NCBI GenBank assembly: GCA_964016885.1
Contig: OZ024761.1
Span: 3,472,001-3,536,000 of the forward strand
Direction: 5' to 3'
Length of the DNA: 64,000 nucleotides
From: Eledone cirrhosa
Lineage: Eukaryota
Made by a program: the position numbers and the translations under genes. Under the pieces are notes generated by a model. The model searched no databases, was not told where the DNA came from, and saw nothing but the letters and a program-made list of their open reading frames with translations. Shown here in pieces: positions 24,825-36,572 of the stretch; position 1 is the stretch's first letter, and every line of letters starts with the position of its first letter.

Positions 24825-26198
24825 ATATATATAGTGAAAGAATGAAGAGTAACATAGTTGGCTGTACAATAAGGGGCTTTATCTCAAGTACTGACAATTG
24901 TTTCGTTGATCAGGTGGGTCTAGAGGTCGTTAATTGCTTGAAGTTGCATCACTCGATCTCCAATACATTATTCACCTCTGGTCAACACATCAGAGTACGT
25001 AGATATAAACATAATTCACTCGAGGCAAGATATATATATAGATGAGTAGCGTATAATCAAGACAATAACATCAATAATAAAATAGCGTATAATCAAAACA
25101 ATAACATCAATAATAAAATAGCGTATAATCAAAACAATAACATCAATAATAAAACATGGTAAATAGGTAGAGAAGTTATAGATGTAAAAAGTAAAAGATA
25201 AAATAGGATACATTAAAAAAGTAAGAAAATAAGAAAATGGAAAATATAAAGAAAGAAATAAGGATAAGTGAGAGCATGTAAGTACAGAGTATGTTTGTGG
25301 TGGTGGTGAGTAAGTGTTCTTATAAGGATTCCTTGGTGGGTTTAGTGCTAACATGAAAAACCAAATTCGAAATATACATAGATACGTGTAGAGAGACTGA
25401 TGTAGTGACAGATAAAAGAGGGGGATACAAGTATAATATTTAAGGGCTAAGGGTAGATTGTGAAGGGAGGTTTGACAAACGTGTTGTAAATGTTTTGCTG
25501 ATTGTTCTATCTTAATGGGGTTGATGCTGTTTCAGGGAGAGAGGGTGAAAGAGATGTTCTGAGATTTATGATCCAGTGACCCGTTGCCCGTTTGATAGCT
25601 AATAGTAGTGCGATGGTATGTATTCCATACGTTAAAATCTAGGTGGTTCAGTTCTAATTTTGGGATTGCTGGTTCAAATCACGGTGGTTTGAAGTTTGTG
25701 AATCTAGTAGCTATTTTATGCCTACAGAAAATTGATCTCTCTATTTTGCTGTTAAGCAGCATCTTATCGTACCTTAAAATATGGAATAGTTCTAAATTAC
25801 AAAGTCCGCAGTGGGACATTCCGTTGTTGTAGGCCCTTGCTTCCGATAATTTTGACCAGCTAATCTTATATTCTAGGTTTTTGTCCTTAAGCCGCCAGAT
25901 TTTATTGGCGAGCATCGTAGAGTTATCCAGTGCACGGTTCTTCATGGAGTGTCTGTGGACATACCACCTTTTTTTTAATTCCCCAGCTGTGGAGCCTATG
26001 TAGTGCCAAGTAAAGTTGCCTGAATTTACAGTACACAGGTACACCATACTCGAATACATGCATCTATTTTGTAGTGGGCACTTATCCAGTAGGTGGCAAT
26101 TACAATTGGAGGCTTTTATGTGTGCAGGTTCTCCGTTGCGGTTTTGTAAGTTGTTGTGGGTAGGTTGTGATTTAGGCCTATTAGTCTTTTGTTGTGAG
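24825..26198 (-). mobile_element. 5'-truncated Penelope-like element, Naiad type (GIY-YIG endonuclease plus 3' region)
   Basis: ORF 25679-26059 extended upstream reads CNCHLLDKCPLQNRCMYSSMVY..HYIGST..KKRWYVH..CGLCNLE..LLNSK..CRH, i.e. a CxCx5Cx5C linker, GIY-YIG, CxxC and CxH. A hammerhead lies downstream and the element ends at (TA)n. Confidence 0.88.
24888..24998 (-). ncRNA. Hammerhead ribozyme in the 3' region of the Naiad-type Penelope element (core A9 mutated)
   Basis: gtact-CTGATGt-gttgaccag...ctgatcaac-GAAAC(aatt)GTC^-agtac; stems I-III pair, but the core reads CTGATGT so this copy is probably impaired. Confidence 0.72.
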
Positions 26199-27556
26199 TG
26201 GCAGCTTCATAGCCTTACCGACGCAAACCACCACACATCGGAAATTTCAAAACGGCTTGTAACTTTACCGACGCAACCACCATACCTTCTGTCTCGTTAC
26301 CACAGGGACTCGAGAATACATCTAATCCCTAACGGCATTAACAAACTTCTTTTTCAGTTTTTAGATAGAACTAGTGTCTGTACACTGGTGATGTGTGAAC
26401 TATTTGACTTTGAAAAACTTTGAACTTATTGAGCAATTTCTCTGCTCCCTTAGCTTGACTTTGAATTATCAGTTTGTTACATTCACATATTTCTTTGTAG
26501 AATGCATTTGCTTGTTTTGTGCTCTTTTGCTATTTGTTTGCTCATGGTTTTTGTTCATTCACATTCTTTGCTGTTTTACATGCCTGCATATGCACACATT
26601 TTTTTTATCACACACCAACATGTTGTTCTTGGTATATGTTCTTCAAACGTAATATTCTGCGAGTCCCTTTTCACCTGGTTGAGATGCTGTCACATGCTAG
26701 CAGCTCACAGAGCTTAATCCACTGGATTCAAACAGGCACCGCAACACGAGAATTCTAATTGCAGCTGAACTCAAACAGCTTCGCATCTCGTTGCACACTG
26801 ATCGTCCATGACGGCCATCCGTCTTGTTGTTTTTGCCCGACTCGCTTTGAAGGCAACAAATTGAACTGGACTTGTCAATATTTCAGCCACTTCTGTGGAT
26901 TCGCCCGAATTATGGAATTTACACTGCAACCCACCTACAGATTAAACTTGCCTTTTTTTCTTTACAAAGCAACCAGCCATTTTTTCCTGGCTCCACAGCA
27001 CATTCGACAATACATCTGGGGGCCATCATTTTCTCGCCAGCACTGGTAAACTACCATAATAGCTTCGTTCACAGCTACTGGTACAACGCTTACCATTAAC
27101 ATTTAATGCAAGAACAGCAACTTCGCCCATGTCAGACTTTATCTGTTTTCTGGTAGGCCCTTGAGGGTCTCGTTTAAACTACAAAACAGCTAGTCATTTG
27201 ACAGCGGCTCAACACGGCCCGTCGCGCCTAATTTATTTTTTGCTCTTGCATGAATCTTTCTGCTCAATTATTTTTTCACTGATGTGCTCTTTCAGCATTT
27301 GTTCTTGCTGATTCAATAATATGTGGGTCCTTGGTTTCTTCGTTATCGATTTTCGGCTGAAAATCTGGTTGGAGGTGATGTAGTGACCTACATTCCGCGG
27401 GCTCACATACATTCTCTGTGCGTGATTTGGCTCAGTTCAGCCAATCAGCGCCAGTAGAAGAGGATGTATCCCTACGCGCCCCGAGGAAGAATCCCCCGCG
27501 AAGATTTGAAGAATCTCTCTCTTGTACCGGAAACTTCAAGCCAGCAACACGCATAA

Positions 27557-27754
27557 TGTAACGGTGAGATTTGCACCCTAGCCTCGCCGGCTTAACGGCG
27601 CAACGGCACATTCCCTTTTGTAACCTCTTTGTATCTGTAACTTCAACCATATAAATAAACAAACATTTCATCTCTAATTACTGCTGTTGAAATCGTTGTT
27701 ATGTTACTCGTGTCTCAATGAAATCTATAATCCATGCTGCTGGAATTGGCGACC
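27557..27754 (+). mobile_element. Possible LTR followed by a primer-binding-site-like motif
   Basis: tgtaac start, internal aataaa, then tggcgacc; no second LTR or pol found. Confidence 0.3.
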
Positions 27755-28289
27755 TGACGAAAGGAATATTGTAAATAGATGGTAAATAGATCGAGGGACC
27801 TTCCCTCACGTCTATGTCAACAAGATAATCCAACGAGGATACTATCACTTACCACACTGGCAACTAACGACCTTCAATCATCTACCCTGTTAAAGTGGGG
27901 ACTACTCTATAACCAATAACTGCTAAATTCCCTTCTTTGAGCTATTTAATTGTATATGTGTGCACGTGTATGTATGCTTTAATTCCTCCAAATCTTCATC
28001 ATCATCAACACTCATTAACACCACACCCCACACACATCCAAATCTCTCTTATATAGAGTCATTCATCTCAACACAACCTGATCTCAGTTTTACAATCGCC
28101 ACCAACGAATACAAGAAAGTTCTCCAACAAAGTTAACCAGAAATCTTTAAAAATCTTCCCACCGAAGTTAACAAAGAACTTACTAGATCTACCAACTCAT
28201 AATATTGTAATATTATAAAATTAAATCAAATTATTTAACACTACAAGTGAAGTCATTCTTTTCCTTTTTTTCAAATATACCTAACTGTA

Positions 28290-28330
<41 letters not shown>

Positions 28331-28600
28331 GGAAAAAATGAAACGAAATTTCATTTCTCATTCTTAGTACGGCTGTTACTTAAATATAAGTATGTATACG
28401 TACATAAATATATGTATACAGACGTACAGTAGTATGTATATATATATACATACATGCACACATATATATATATATATGTACGTATGGATTCACCGAACAT
28501 TTATTATAATGCTCGGTGTGTTTGTAAACAAACATTCCGTATTAAGCCGTACAGTGTCTAGCAACCATCATTGCTCATTTGTTCAAACTGACAAAGGAAC

Positions 28601-28639
28601 GCTGTACTAGTTTCAAGCTTATTAGCTATCGTCAGCAAC
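28601..28639 (-). ncRNA. Minimal Penelope-type hammerhead
   Basis: gttg-CTGACGA-tagct(aata)agctt-GAAAc(ta)gTA^-cagc; stem III is the palindrome actagt. Confidence 0.65.
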
Positions 28640-28866
28640 ATATACCTTCCTGCCAGATGATTGAACGTCTGAAAGTATATACTTTCCTTATGCATATTAA
28701 CAGCTGAGCAGCCTAATTTGCATATCGAGTGAGTTAATCGGCCGGGGTACCAAAAACGATAAACGGAAAAAATGAAACAAAATTTCATTTCTCACTCTTA
28801 GTACGGCTGTTACTTAAATATAAGTATGTATACGTACATACATATATGTATACAGACGTACAGTAG

Positions 28867-28919
<53 letters not shown>

Positions 28920-28923
<4 letters not shown>

Positions 28924-29113
28924 CGAAGGAAATGTGGTAAGGAACCAGGTGGACCATAACGCACCAAAGTACTCAATACTTAGGGTAGTAGAGTGGGTAA
29001 TAGGAACGAGTAGGACCCCGACGGCTGAACTCAAGCCGTTTCGACGGCTATTTCTAGTCCAGAATTAGCCGTCGAAACGGCTTGAGCTCAGCCGTCGGGG
29101 TCTTACTCGTTCC
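28920..29113 (-). mobile_element. Same short element family as 10537-11503, with a terminal fold-back
   Basis: taacgaaggaaatgtggtaaggaacc...gccgtttcgacggcta followed by an inverted copy at 29057-29113; abuts (TA)n. Confidence 0.8.
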
Positions 29114-29362
29114 TCAACGTGAGGTATATGATTTTTAATGCGATGAAATACCCATGATCGTTTGGTAAATCACTGATGAGGGACTCATTTTATAACATGT
29201 TATCCATGTGCAACCAGCAGTATTCTTCTCACCCATATTTTTCATATATATATATATATATATCTTTAAAGCGATGAAATGCCTATGATGGTTGGAAGAT
29301 CACTGATGAAGGACAAACTTTTTTCATATGTAACCCATTTGCAACTCCGCAGCGCCCTTATT

Positions 29363-29401
<39 letters not shown>

Positions 29402-29405
<4 letters not shown>

Positions 29406-30078
29406 TCATCATTTTACGTCCGCTTTTCCCTGCTTGCAAGGGTGGGACAGGTCCTATTCAGTACAGCATCTCTCCACTTGTCACGGTCCTTCGCCATCTC
29501 CTCGGTGAGTTTCAGCGATCTGAGGTCTGCTCTCAACACCTCCACACATGTTTTTCGTGCATCTTCCTTCTACTGGGACTTCCTGGCACTTCTTCACCCT
29601 TGGTTATCCTCCATACGCATCACATGTCCATACCATCTCAGCTTGCTCTCCTGCACACCACAACTTATCCCTCTTATACCCAGTTTCATTCTCAACTCGT
29701 CTATGCTTGGTCGTTCACGCACATTGACATTGCACATCCAACGGAGCATACTTGCTTCATTTCTCTCCAGCCGTCGCATATCTGCCGCAGTTGCTGCCCA
29801 TGTCTCACTACCATGCAGCATCGCGCATCGGCATCATATAACTGTCCTTTCGTACACAGGGAGAAACCCTTCTTTGTCAACAGAGGAAGCAGCTCCCTAA
29901 ACCTCTTCCAATCTGTCCTTATTCTAGATACTATGGCATCGGAACACCTCCCCCTCCCATGCCAATCTGATCACCTAGGTACCGGAAGCTATCAACAACC
30001 TCTATAGAACCCACCGGCATTGGAAAAATGAGTCTATCACAGCGATTACTACTGCCAACTTTTCCTGTACATCTAGTG
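29402..30078 (-). mobile_element. RTE family B sister-subfamily 3' fragment
   Basis: MLHGSETWAAT..LRWYGHVMR; same short tail as 19785-19840. Confidence 0.88.
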
Positions 30079-30429
30079 TCAAAAAGTTTATATATCAACG
30101 TCCATGACATACCAGAAACTCCTTCACCTCTGTGAGGCATTGTATTACAGCGAGGTTAGATATAGGTGAATATAGGGGGGGGGGGGAGAGAAGAAGAAGA
30201 AGAAGAAGAAGAAGAAGAAGAAGAAGAAGAAGAGAGGGTAGAAAAAGAAGAAGAAAAAAAGAAGGGGAACATATATTTTATTATCAGTAAAATAAAAAGA
30301 AAAATACAACAAAAACTATATTCAACAAATTAATTTTACTCTATCGGAAGTGCATGAAGACCACAACACAATAAATACTTTTCCTCCCTTTTAAAAGTCT
30401 GAAAGATTTAAAGAAAATAAAAAAAAACT

Positions 30430-30502
30430 AGGTTTCGGCGAGGTTCGAACTCGCGGCCTTCTGCGTGTAAAGCAGACGTGATAACCACTACACCACGAAA
30501 CC
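30430..30502 (-). tRNA. trnV-TAC: tRNA-Val(TAC)
   Basis: 73-nt cloverleaf GGTTTCG..TCTGC TT TAC AC GCAGA..GCGAG TTCGAAC CTCGC CGAAACC T with paired acceptor, anticodon and T stems; downstream oligo-T Pol III terminator. Confidence 0.95.
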
Positions 30503-30594
30503 ACATGATGAAATCTCTTCTATTTAGCTTTAATAACAGAAGCAGTCGCTTTGTCTTATAGGAGTTGTTTCCCTTTAGCAGTTCTTTTTTTATA

Positions 30595-31008
30595 TTCTTC
30601 GCTTATTTATTCCTGAGAAGGTCGTGGGGTCAGAGTCCTCAAACACTCTTTCCAGCGGGTCCTGTCAGAAGCAACTGTCTCCAACTGATCCAGCTGGCTC
30701 CCCAAGCGAGACCAGCTGCGCTCATGGATGTTATCCAACCATCTTACTCGGGATCTACCCCTGGGTCTCCTGTCGGTTGGTTTCGCCCATAAAATCTGTC
30801 CAGTGATTCTTTCCTGAGACATTCTAACCACATGCCCATAGTATGGGAGCTGTGATCTCTCACTTCGGAGAAGTAGTGGCTCTACCTGGAGTGACTCTCT
30901 CATCTCCAAGCTACGCACACTATCGAGTAATGTTACTCCAAAGACACTTCGGAGGAATCCCCATTTCGGCCGCTTGTATTCGCGATCATATTCTTTCGGT
31001 CATTATCA
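30595..31008 (-). mobile_element. RTE family A 3' fragment
   Basis: ERSQLPYYGHVVRM..RPRGRSRVRW. Confidence 0.85.
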
Positions 31009-31953
31009 CTATCGATCTGAGTTCAAATCCCGCCGAGGTTGACTTTGCCTTTCATCCTTACGAGGTCGATAAAATAAAGTACCAGTAATGCACTGGGATA
31101 ATTGATGGCCTTGTGCCAAAAGTAGAAACAATTATCACTATCGTAATTATCATATCTAATTAACGGATTATTACTAATAATGACTCGATAGAAATTATGC
31201 AACCAATATGGATTAGACTGTGACTTATAATAAATGTTTTTTTTGTGTTTTTTTTTATTCAAGCTATTTTTTATATAGAAATAGAGAGAAAGTGACGGCT
31301 CAACGAGTATCCTCCACCACCAACTAACTTACCACCGACTCTGGACCCCGGCAGTTGACAGGGTGGAGAAGACATCGGAGGTCGGTGAGGGAGATCTGTT
31401 GGATCAGCAACTCTACCTCGTGGGGTTTACAGTTGCGGGCGGTCAACTCTGCTCCGATGGCTGGGACTAGGGATGTGGTCTGCGGGCGGTCAACTCCGCT
31501 CCGATAGCTGGGACTAGGAATGTGGTCCATCTCCGATAGCTGTGAGTTGGGATGTGGTCCCGAGGGTCACCAAGAACCATGTTGAATTTAGACCTTGGGG
31601 GTTCTGGGCTACATACACACACACGCATATACACATACACTTCTGTCTCTGGCTTCTAACGTAACTGCTATATTTTGTGGCTAGACTTATAAATGTAATA
31701 AATACCCATTTCTTGAGGTTTTGGGGGGCCCTTATACACAAGAAACTAGAATACACAACAATGTTTGTGGACCCCACGTTTCCCAGGACAGGTTGCAGGC
31801 CTATCGCCAGTTTTCCCACATGAAATGGAGATTAAGTTAATATCTAACTCTACAACCCTCTGGTCAGGACAGCAGACCAGCGGTGATATTTTGATAGCTG
31901 ACGATAGCTGATTTAATAATAAAATGATAGTTTATCAAACTGGATAGTCAACT

Positions 31954-32026
31954 GGTTTCGTGGTGTAGTGGTTATCACGTCTGCTTCACACGCAGAAGGC
32001 CGCGAGTTCGAGCCTCGCCGAAACCT
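31954..32026 (+). tRNA. trnV-CAC: tRNA-Val(CAC)
   Basis: Same cloverleaf with anticodon loop TT CAC AC, followed by an oligo-T terminator. Confidence 0.95.
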
Positions 32027-32241
32027 GATTTTTTTTCTTAAATTTATTTGTTCGGAAATTAAATTACGATCAGAGGTTTTTCCAGCTCTAAATCAGAGAT
32101 AAGAATATAACGAGATATTTGGGTATTTTCTTAGTTTTGTAATTATATATGATTGTCTGTTTTAAATAAATTACTCTTTTTTTATGACTGACAACATTGA
32201 TGAAAGTTTACAACATAAATTCACACTCACACACACATACA

Positions 32242-32525
<284 letters not shown>

Positions 32526-32570
32526 TTATGTTGTAAACTTTCATCAATTTTGTCAGTCATAAAAAAAGAG

Positions 32571-32639
<69 letters not shown>

Positions 32640-32906
32640 GTTTCTGAATTTGTTTAAACAAGATGACGTAGGACAGAACAAAGGAGAGGCACAAAAACAA
32701 AGAAAAGAATCCCCAGTCACTGAAAAGGTCACAGAATGTGTGACGAAAGAACTTTGACAATATATAAACAATCATCTGGTTGTGGAACCAACCAACCAAC
32801 CAGAAATTTATAAATTCCTCAATTTATAAATTTATTATAATAAATTGAAGTGAAAGCAACTGGTGCGTGTGTTTCTTATTGGCAACATGACCCTCCCAAA
32901 GTATAA

Positions 32907-32986
<80 letters not shown>

Positions 32987-33092
32987 GAGGACTGCTGGAT
33001 TTTCTAATCCACCAGTCTCTTCTTAGCGCTGAGGGAGACCATCACCATTCTATTAATGTCGATATAATTCTTATATAGATATTATTTGGGCA

Positions 33093-33216
33093 TCCACTGA
33101 TGAGTTTATAAGAGCCCGCTTGTGTATAAAACTATGGATTATATACAAGTTTCTACATAACCTGGAAATTATTTATCCCAAATTGTAAAAATCTTATAAC
33201 GAAACGGCCGTCTGGA
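33093..33216 (+). ncRNA. Type I hammerhead ribozyme with 97-nt stem II domain
   Basis: tcca-CTGATGA-gtttataaga...tcttataac-GAAAC(ggcc)GTC^-tgga; palindromic loop III. Confidence 0.8.
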
Positions 33217-33399
33217 AGGAAAGAGATATTTATTTAATAATGTCTCATATAAAATAATACAACCAGCTATCCACGAAATACTGGTTAGTTAGCAGCCCAA
33301 ATACTAAATTGGAATAATACTTAGGTATATCCTAATGTTTGTTGAGTGAGATGGAGTTGGTCGGAGTATCGCTTAAGGCTTTCTCTGTTTATGTATTGA

Positions 33400-33458
<59 letters not shown>

Positions 33459-33549
33459 TGAAGTAATTCCGTCGGAAAGTCCAGGAAAAAAGAGTGCTCT
33501 ATGTCGGTAACAGAGCTTAATAGTTATGTAATAAACAACAAGGCAATTA

Positions 33550-33610
33550 TTTCATTTACCAGTGGTTTCTTAAAAGCAAACAAATTTAGCTTTCAATCAT
33601 CAGAATGAAA
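33550..33610 (-). ncRNA. Type I hammerhead ribozyme (inverted twin of 33777-33837)
   Basis: Same fold on the other arm of the palindrome, with one change in stem II. Confidence 0.85.
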
Positions 33611-33776
33611 AAATCCTGGTGTATTTATTGGCATTGGATTTTAAAAACAAAAATATAATCTATATGAAAGTGAGACTGGAAAAGGAAGAAGGAAAGGAAT
33701 TCCTTTTCCAGCCTCACTTTCATATAGATTATATTTTTGTTTTTAAAATCCAATGCCAATAAATACACCAGGATTT

Positions 33777-33837
33777 TTTCATTCTGATGATTGAAAGCAA
33801 AATTTGTTTGCTTTTAAGAAACCACTGGTAAATGAAA
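33777..33837 (+). ncRNA. Type I hammerhead ribozyme
   Basis: tttcatt-CTGATGA-ttgaaagcaaa(atttg)tttgcttttaa-GAAA-cc(act)gg-TA^-aatgaaa: 7-bp stem I, 11-bp stem II, intact core, GUA cleavage triplet after 33830. Confidence 0.88.
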
Positions 33838-33862
33838 TAATTGCCTTATGTTGTTTATTACA

Positions 33863-33926
<64 letters not shown>

Positions 33927-34615
33927 TAAATTTAGTCCTTCATCAGTGATCTTCCAGCCTTCATTGGTATTTCAGCGCTTTAAAGACCATATACCTCTGG
34001 TTGGTGCTAGCAACGGCTAAAGAAAGTCGTTGGGACACGTAAATAGGGGGAATGAGCGAGACAGTAAACAAACAAAGATGGTAATGCAACGAAAAGTGAG
34101 GAAAAAGGAGTCAAGTCCCTGAAATCGATGAACATAAGTTCTGTGAAATCGTAGACGAGAGAGAATAAAGACCATTCAACCTGGTCGAAATGTGAGTGAG
34201 GAAAGAATTTCGCCCAGGTCAAACGGGAGGAAGTAGGAGAGGGAGTAGCATGAGTGAGTGAAAGTGTGAGGAAGAGGCTAACAGAGAGTGACTGGCAGAG
34301 GGGGTAAAAAGAAAGTGAGAGATACAGAGAAAGGGGAAGCAGTAAGAAAGAAACAGACGAGTCACAGCGGAGGAAAATATATAAATATATGAAAAATATG
34401 AAAACATGGCGTGCTGCGTGGTTGCAAATGGGTTACATATGAATAAATTTAGTCCTTCATCAGTGTTCTTCCATAACCAAAGATTAATATGGTTCGTTGA
34501 TTAATCAACGAATACAAATTTACAATAGATTAGAAGCACTCGACAAAAGATTTTCCTGGAGTATTTAATATTATTCAAAATGTTAACAAATGAAAATTAT
34601 TCTGATAATCAAAAT

Positions 34616-34684
34616 ATATATTTTATTATACATATTTCACAGGTACAATGGTGTTTAAGTACGTTTTCATCAGATAAAATATAA
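34616..34684 (-). ncRNA. Type I hammerhead, same family as 15184
   Basis: attttat-CTGATGA-aaacgtac...gtacctgt-GAAAt(atgt)aTA^-ataaaat; stem II is partly mismatched. Confidence 0.6.
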
Positions 34685-34744
34685 GACTGCCAATACTGGA
34701 ATTGAGTAATCAAAACCGTAGCGGTATGTCACATATCAAATTTT

Positions 34745-34801
34745 ATATTTTGTCTGATGAAAACGTACTTAAACACCATTGTACCATTGAAATATGTATA
34801 A
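34745..34801 (+). ncRNA. Type I hammerhead interrupted by a Helitron
   Basis: CTGATGA at 34754, GAAA at 34789, ATA^ ending 34800; the 3' strand of stem I resumes at 35757 after the Helitron. Confidence 0.6.
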
Positions 34802-35125
34802 TCTATATATATATAAAAAAACTGAGGATGTCTGTCTATGTGTGTGTGAGTTTGAATCCCTGAAACTCGAGAAACACCCAACCGACTCTTTTCAAACTTT
34901 ACACATGTAATACTTATGTTTCAGGGAGTGTTCTGAACAAAAAGAAATTTCAAATTTTCAATGCCCTAGGCATTAGGCGATCCCTCTCTATAATTCTTAG
35001 TCTTTCTCTTTTTAGATAGATACATACCTATAACGTCGCACCCTTATATCTGTCTGTATGTCTGACTGTCTGCATTACGTCACTTCCCTGAGGATGTCTG
35101 TCTGTGTGTGTGTGTGTCTGCGCGC

Positions 35126-35158
<33 letters not shown>

Positions 35159-35756
35159 TGTGAGTTTGAATCCCTAAAACTCGAGAAGTACCCAACCTAC
35201 TTTTTTCAAACTTTACATGTGTATTACTTATGTTTCAGGGAGTGTTATGCACAAATTCAACTTTTTGATCTCCTAGGGCCCGCATTAGGTGAAAAACTGC
35301 GTTTTTTAAAGCTTTTTATGGATTTTTTGAGGCGTTACGTCAGACCGATTTCCTTGAAATTGTAATTATGTATTAGTCAGTCTCTTCTTCATATCGTGAG
35401 CAAATAAAATCCAACTTTTGTTATGGCCTAGGGCCCGCATTAGGTGAAAAACTTCATTTTTTCAGCTTCTTAGGGCTTTTTGGAGGCGTTACGTCTAGCC
35501 GATTTTCCAGAAATTTCAAGGCATATTAAACGCATTAAAAAAATTCATTTTCTTGATCCCCTAGGGCCCGCATTAGGTGAAAACCTGCATTTTTCCTGCT
35601 TCATCGAGGAAAATCTTAAAGATTATCCAGCCATCTGAGTATTCGGTTTATTTTCTTTACACATTGTCCTGGCATGCAGTTTTTCCACGATTAGGTCTGT
35701 TGGCGGCCCGCGTTCCAAAATACCTTATCCCGTGCAACGCCGGGTACCACTGCTAG
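34802..35756 (+). mobile_element. Non-autonomous Helitron
   Basis: Starts TC, ends with GC-rich hairpin cccgtgcaacgccggg then CTAG; inserted between A and T without TSD; the rejoined flanks match the inverted arm 34567-34640; internal repeat ctagggcccgcattaggtgaaaa occurs three times. Confidence 0.9.
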
Positions 35757-36182
35757 TAAAATATATATTTTGATTATGAGAATATTTTTCATTTATTAAC
35801 ATTTTGAATAATATATATATATATGTGTGTGTGTGTGTATGTATATACACATATATATATGTACGTGTGTGTATGTATATACATATATATATACGTGTGT
35901 GTATGTATATACATATATATATATGTGAGTGTGTGTATGTATATACATATAAATATGTGTGCTTATATATATATATATATGTGTGTGTGTGTTTATATAT
36001 ATAAACACAAATACGTAGGTAAACACACATATATATGTATATACATACACACATATATATGTGTGATTCCCTCCGAATGAAACAGTTCTAGTCCTGTAGA
36101 AGCCATTTCTATATTAAATATTTATACTCTGCTTTGTATTGAGTACCTTACTTACTGTGGTTACCCCCATTGAACCCGAGAT

Positions 36183-36265
<83 letters not shown>

Positions 36266-36448
36266 ATACAATAACAGAGATAGTTTAAAGCTAAACTCTG
36301 ACTGGTAACCATCTCACTCAACAAACATTAGGTTATATTAAAATATAAACCCAATTTAAGTGTTTGGGGTGCTAACAATATGTATAATGTGGAAAAACCA
36401 GTTGTATTATTTTATGAGATATAATTAAAGTTAAAGTATATCTCTCTT

Positions 36449-36572
36449 TGCAAACAATTGTTTCATTATAAGTGTTCTACAAGTTTGGGAGAATGTTTCC
36501 AGTTTATGTAGAAGCCTAATATATATTCATGTAAGAATATATTTAGGTGGGTACTTATAAATCATCAGTGGA
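36449..36572 (-). ncRNA. Diverged homologue of the 33093 hammerhead
   Basis: tcca-CTGATGA-tttataagt...acttataat-GAAAC(aatt)GTT^-tgca; same 124-nt length; one mismatch in stem I. Confidence 0.7.

Larger units (their letters stand above)
33521..33868. repeat. ~168-bp-arm palindrome with a hammerhead in each arm
   Basis: Arms 33521-33687 and 33700-33868 with a 12-nt spacer; ends at (TA)n. Confidence 0.92.

Noticed and set aside
25679-26110. Selenoprotein-type Naiad (TGA at conserved Cys)
   Set aside because: The motif cysteines checked (CxCx5Cx5C, CGLC, CRH) are all TGT or TGC.
26200-27550. Short ORFs in a non-repetitive-looking stretch
   Set aside because: No recognisable motifs or consistent splice structure; probably non-coding TE interior.
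31330-31900. GC-richer segment with a ~50-bp internal duplication between the divergent tRNAs
   Set aside because: No termini, coding motif or RNA fold could be supported.
30430-32026. tRNA-Val copies as SINE heads
   Set aside because: The cloverleaves are intact and followed directly by oligo-T, with no shared SINE body.
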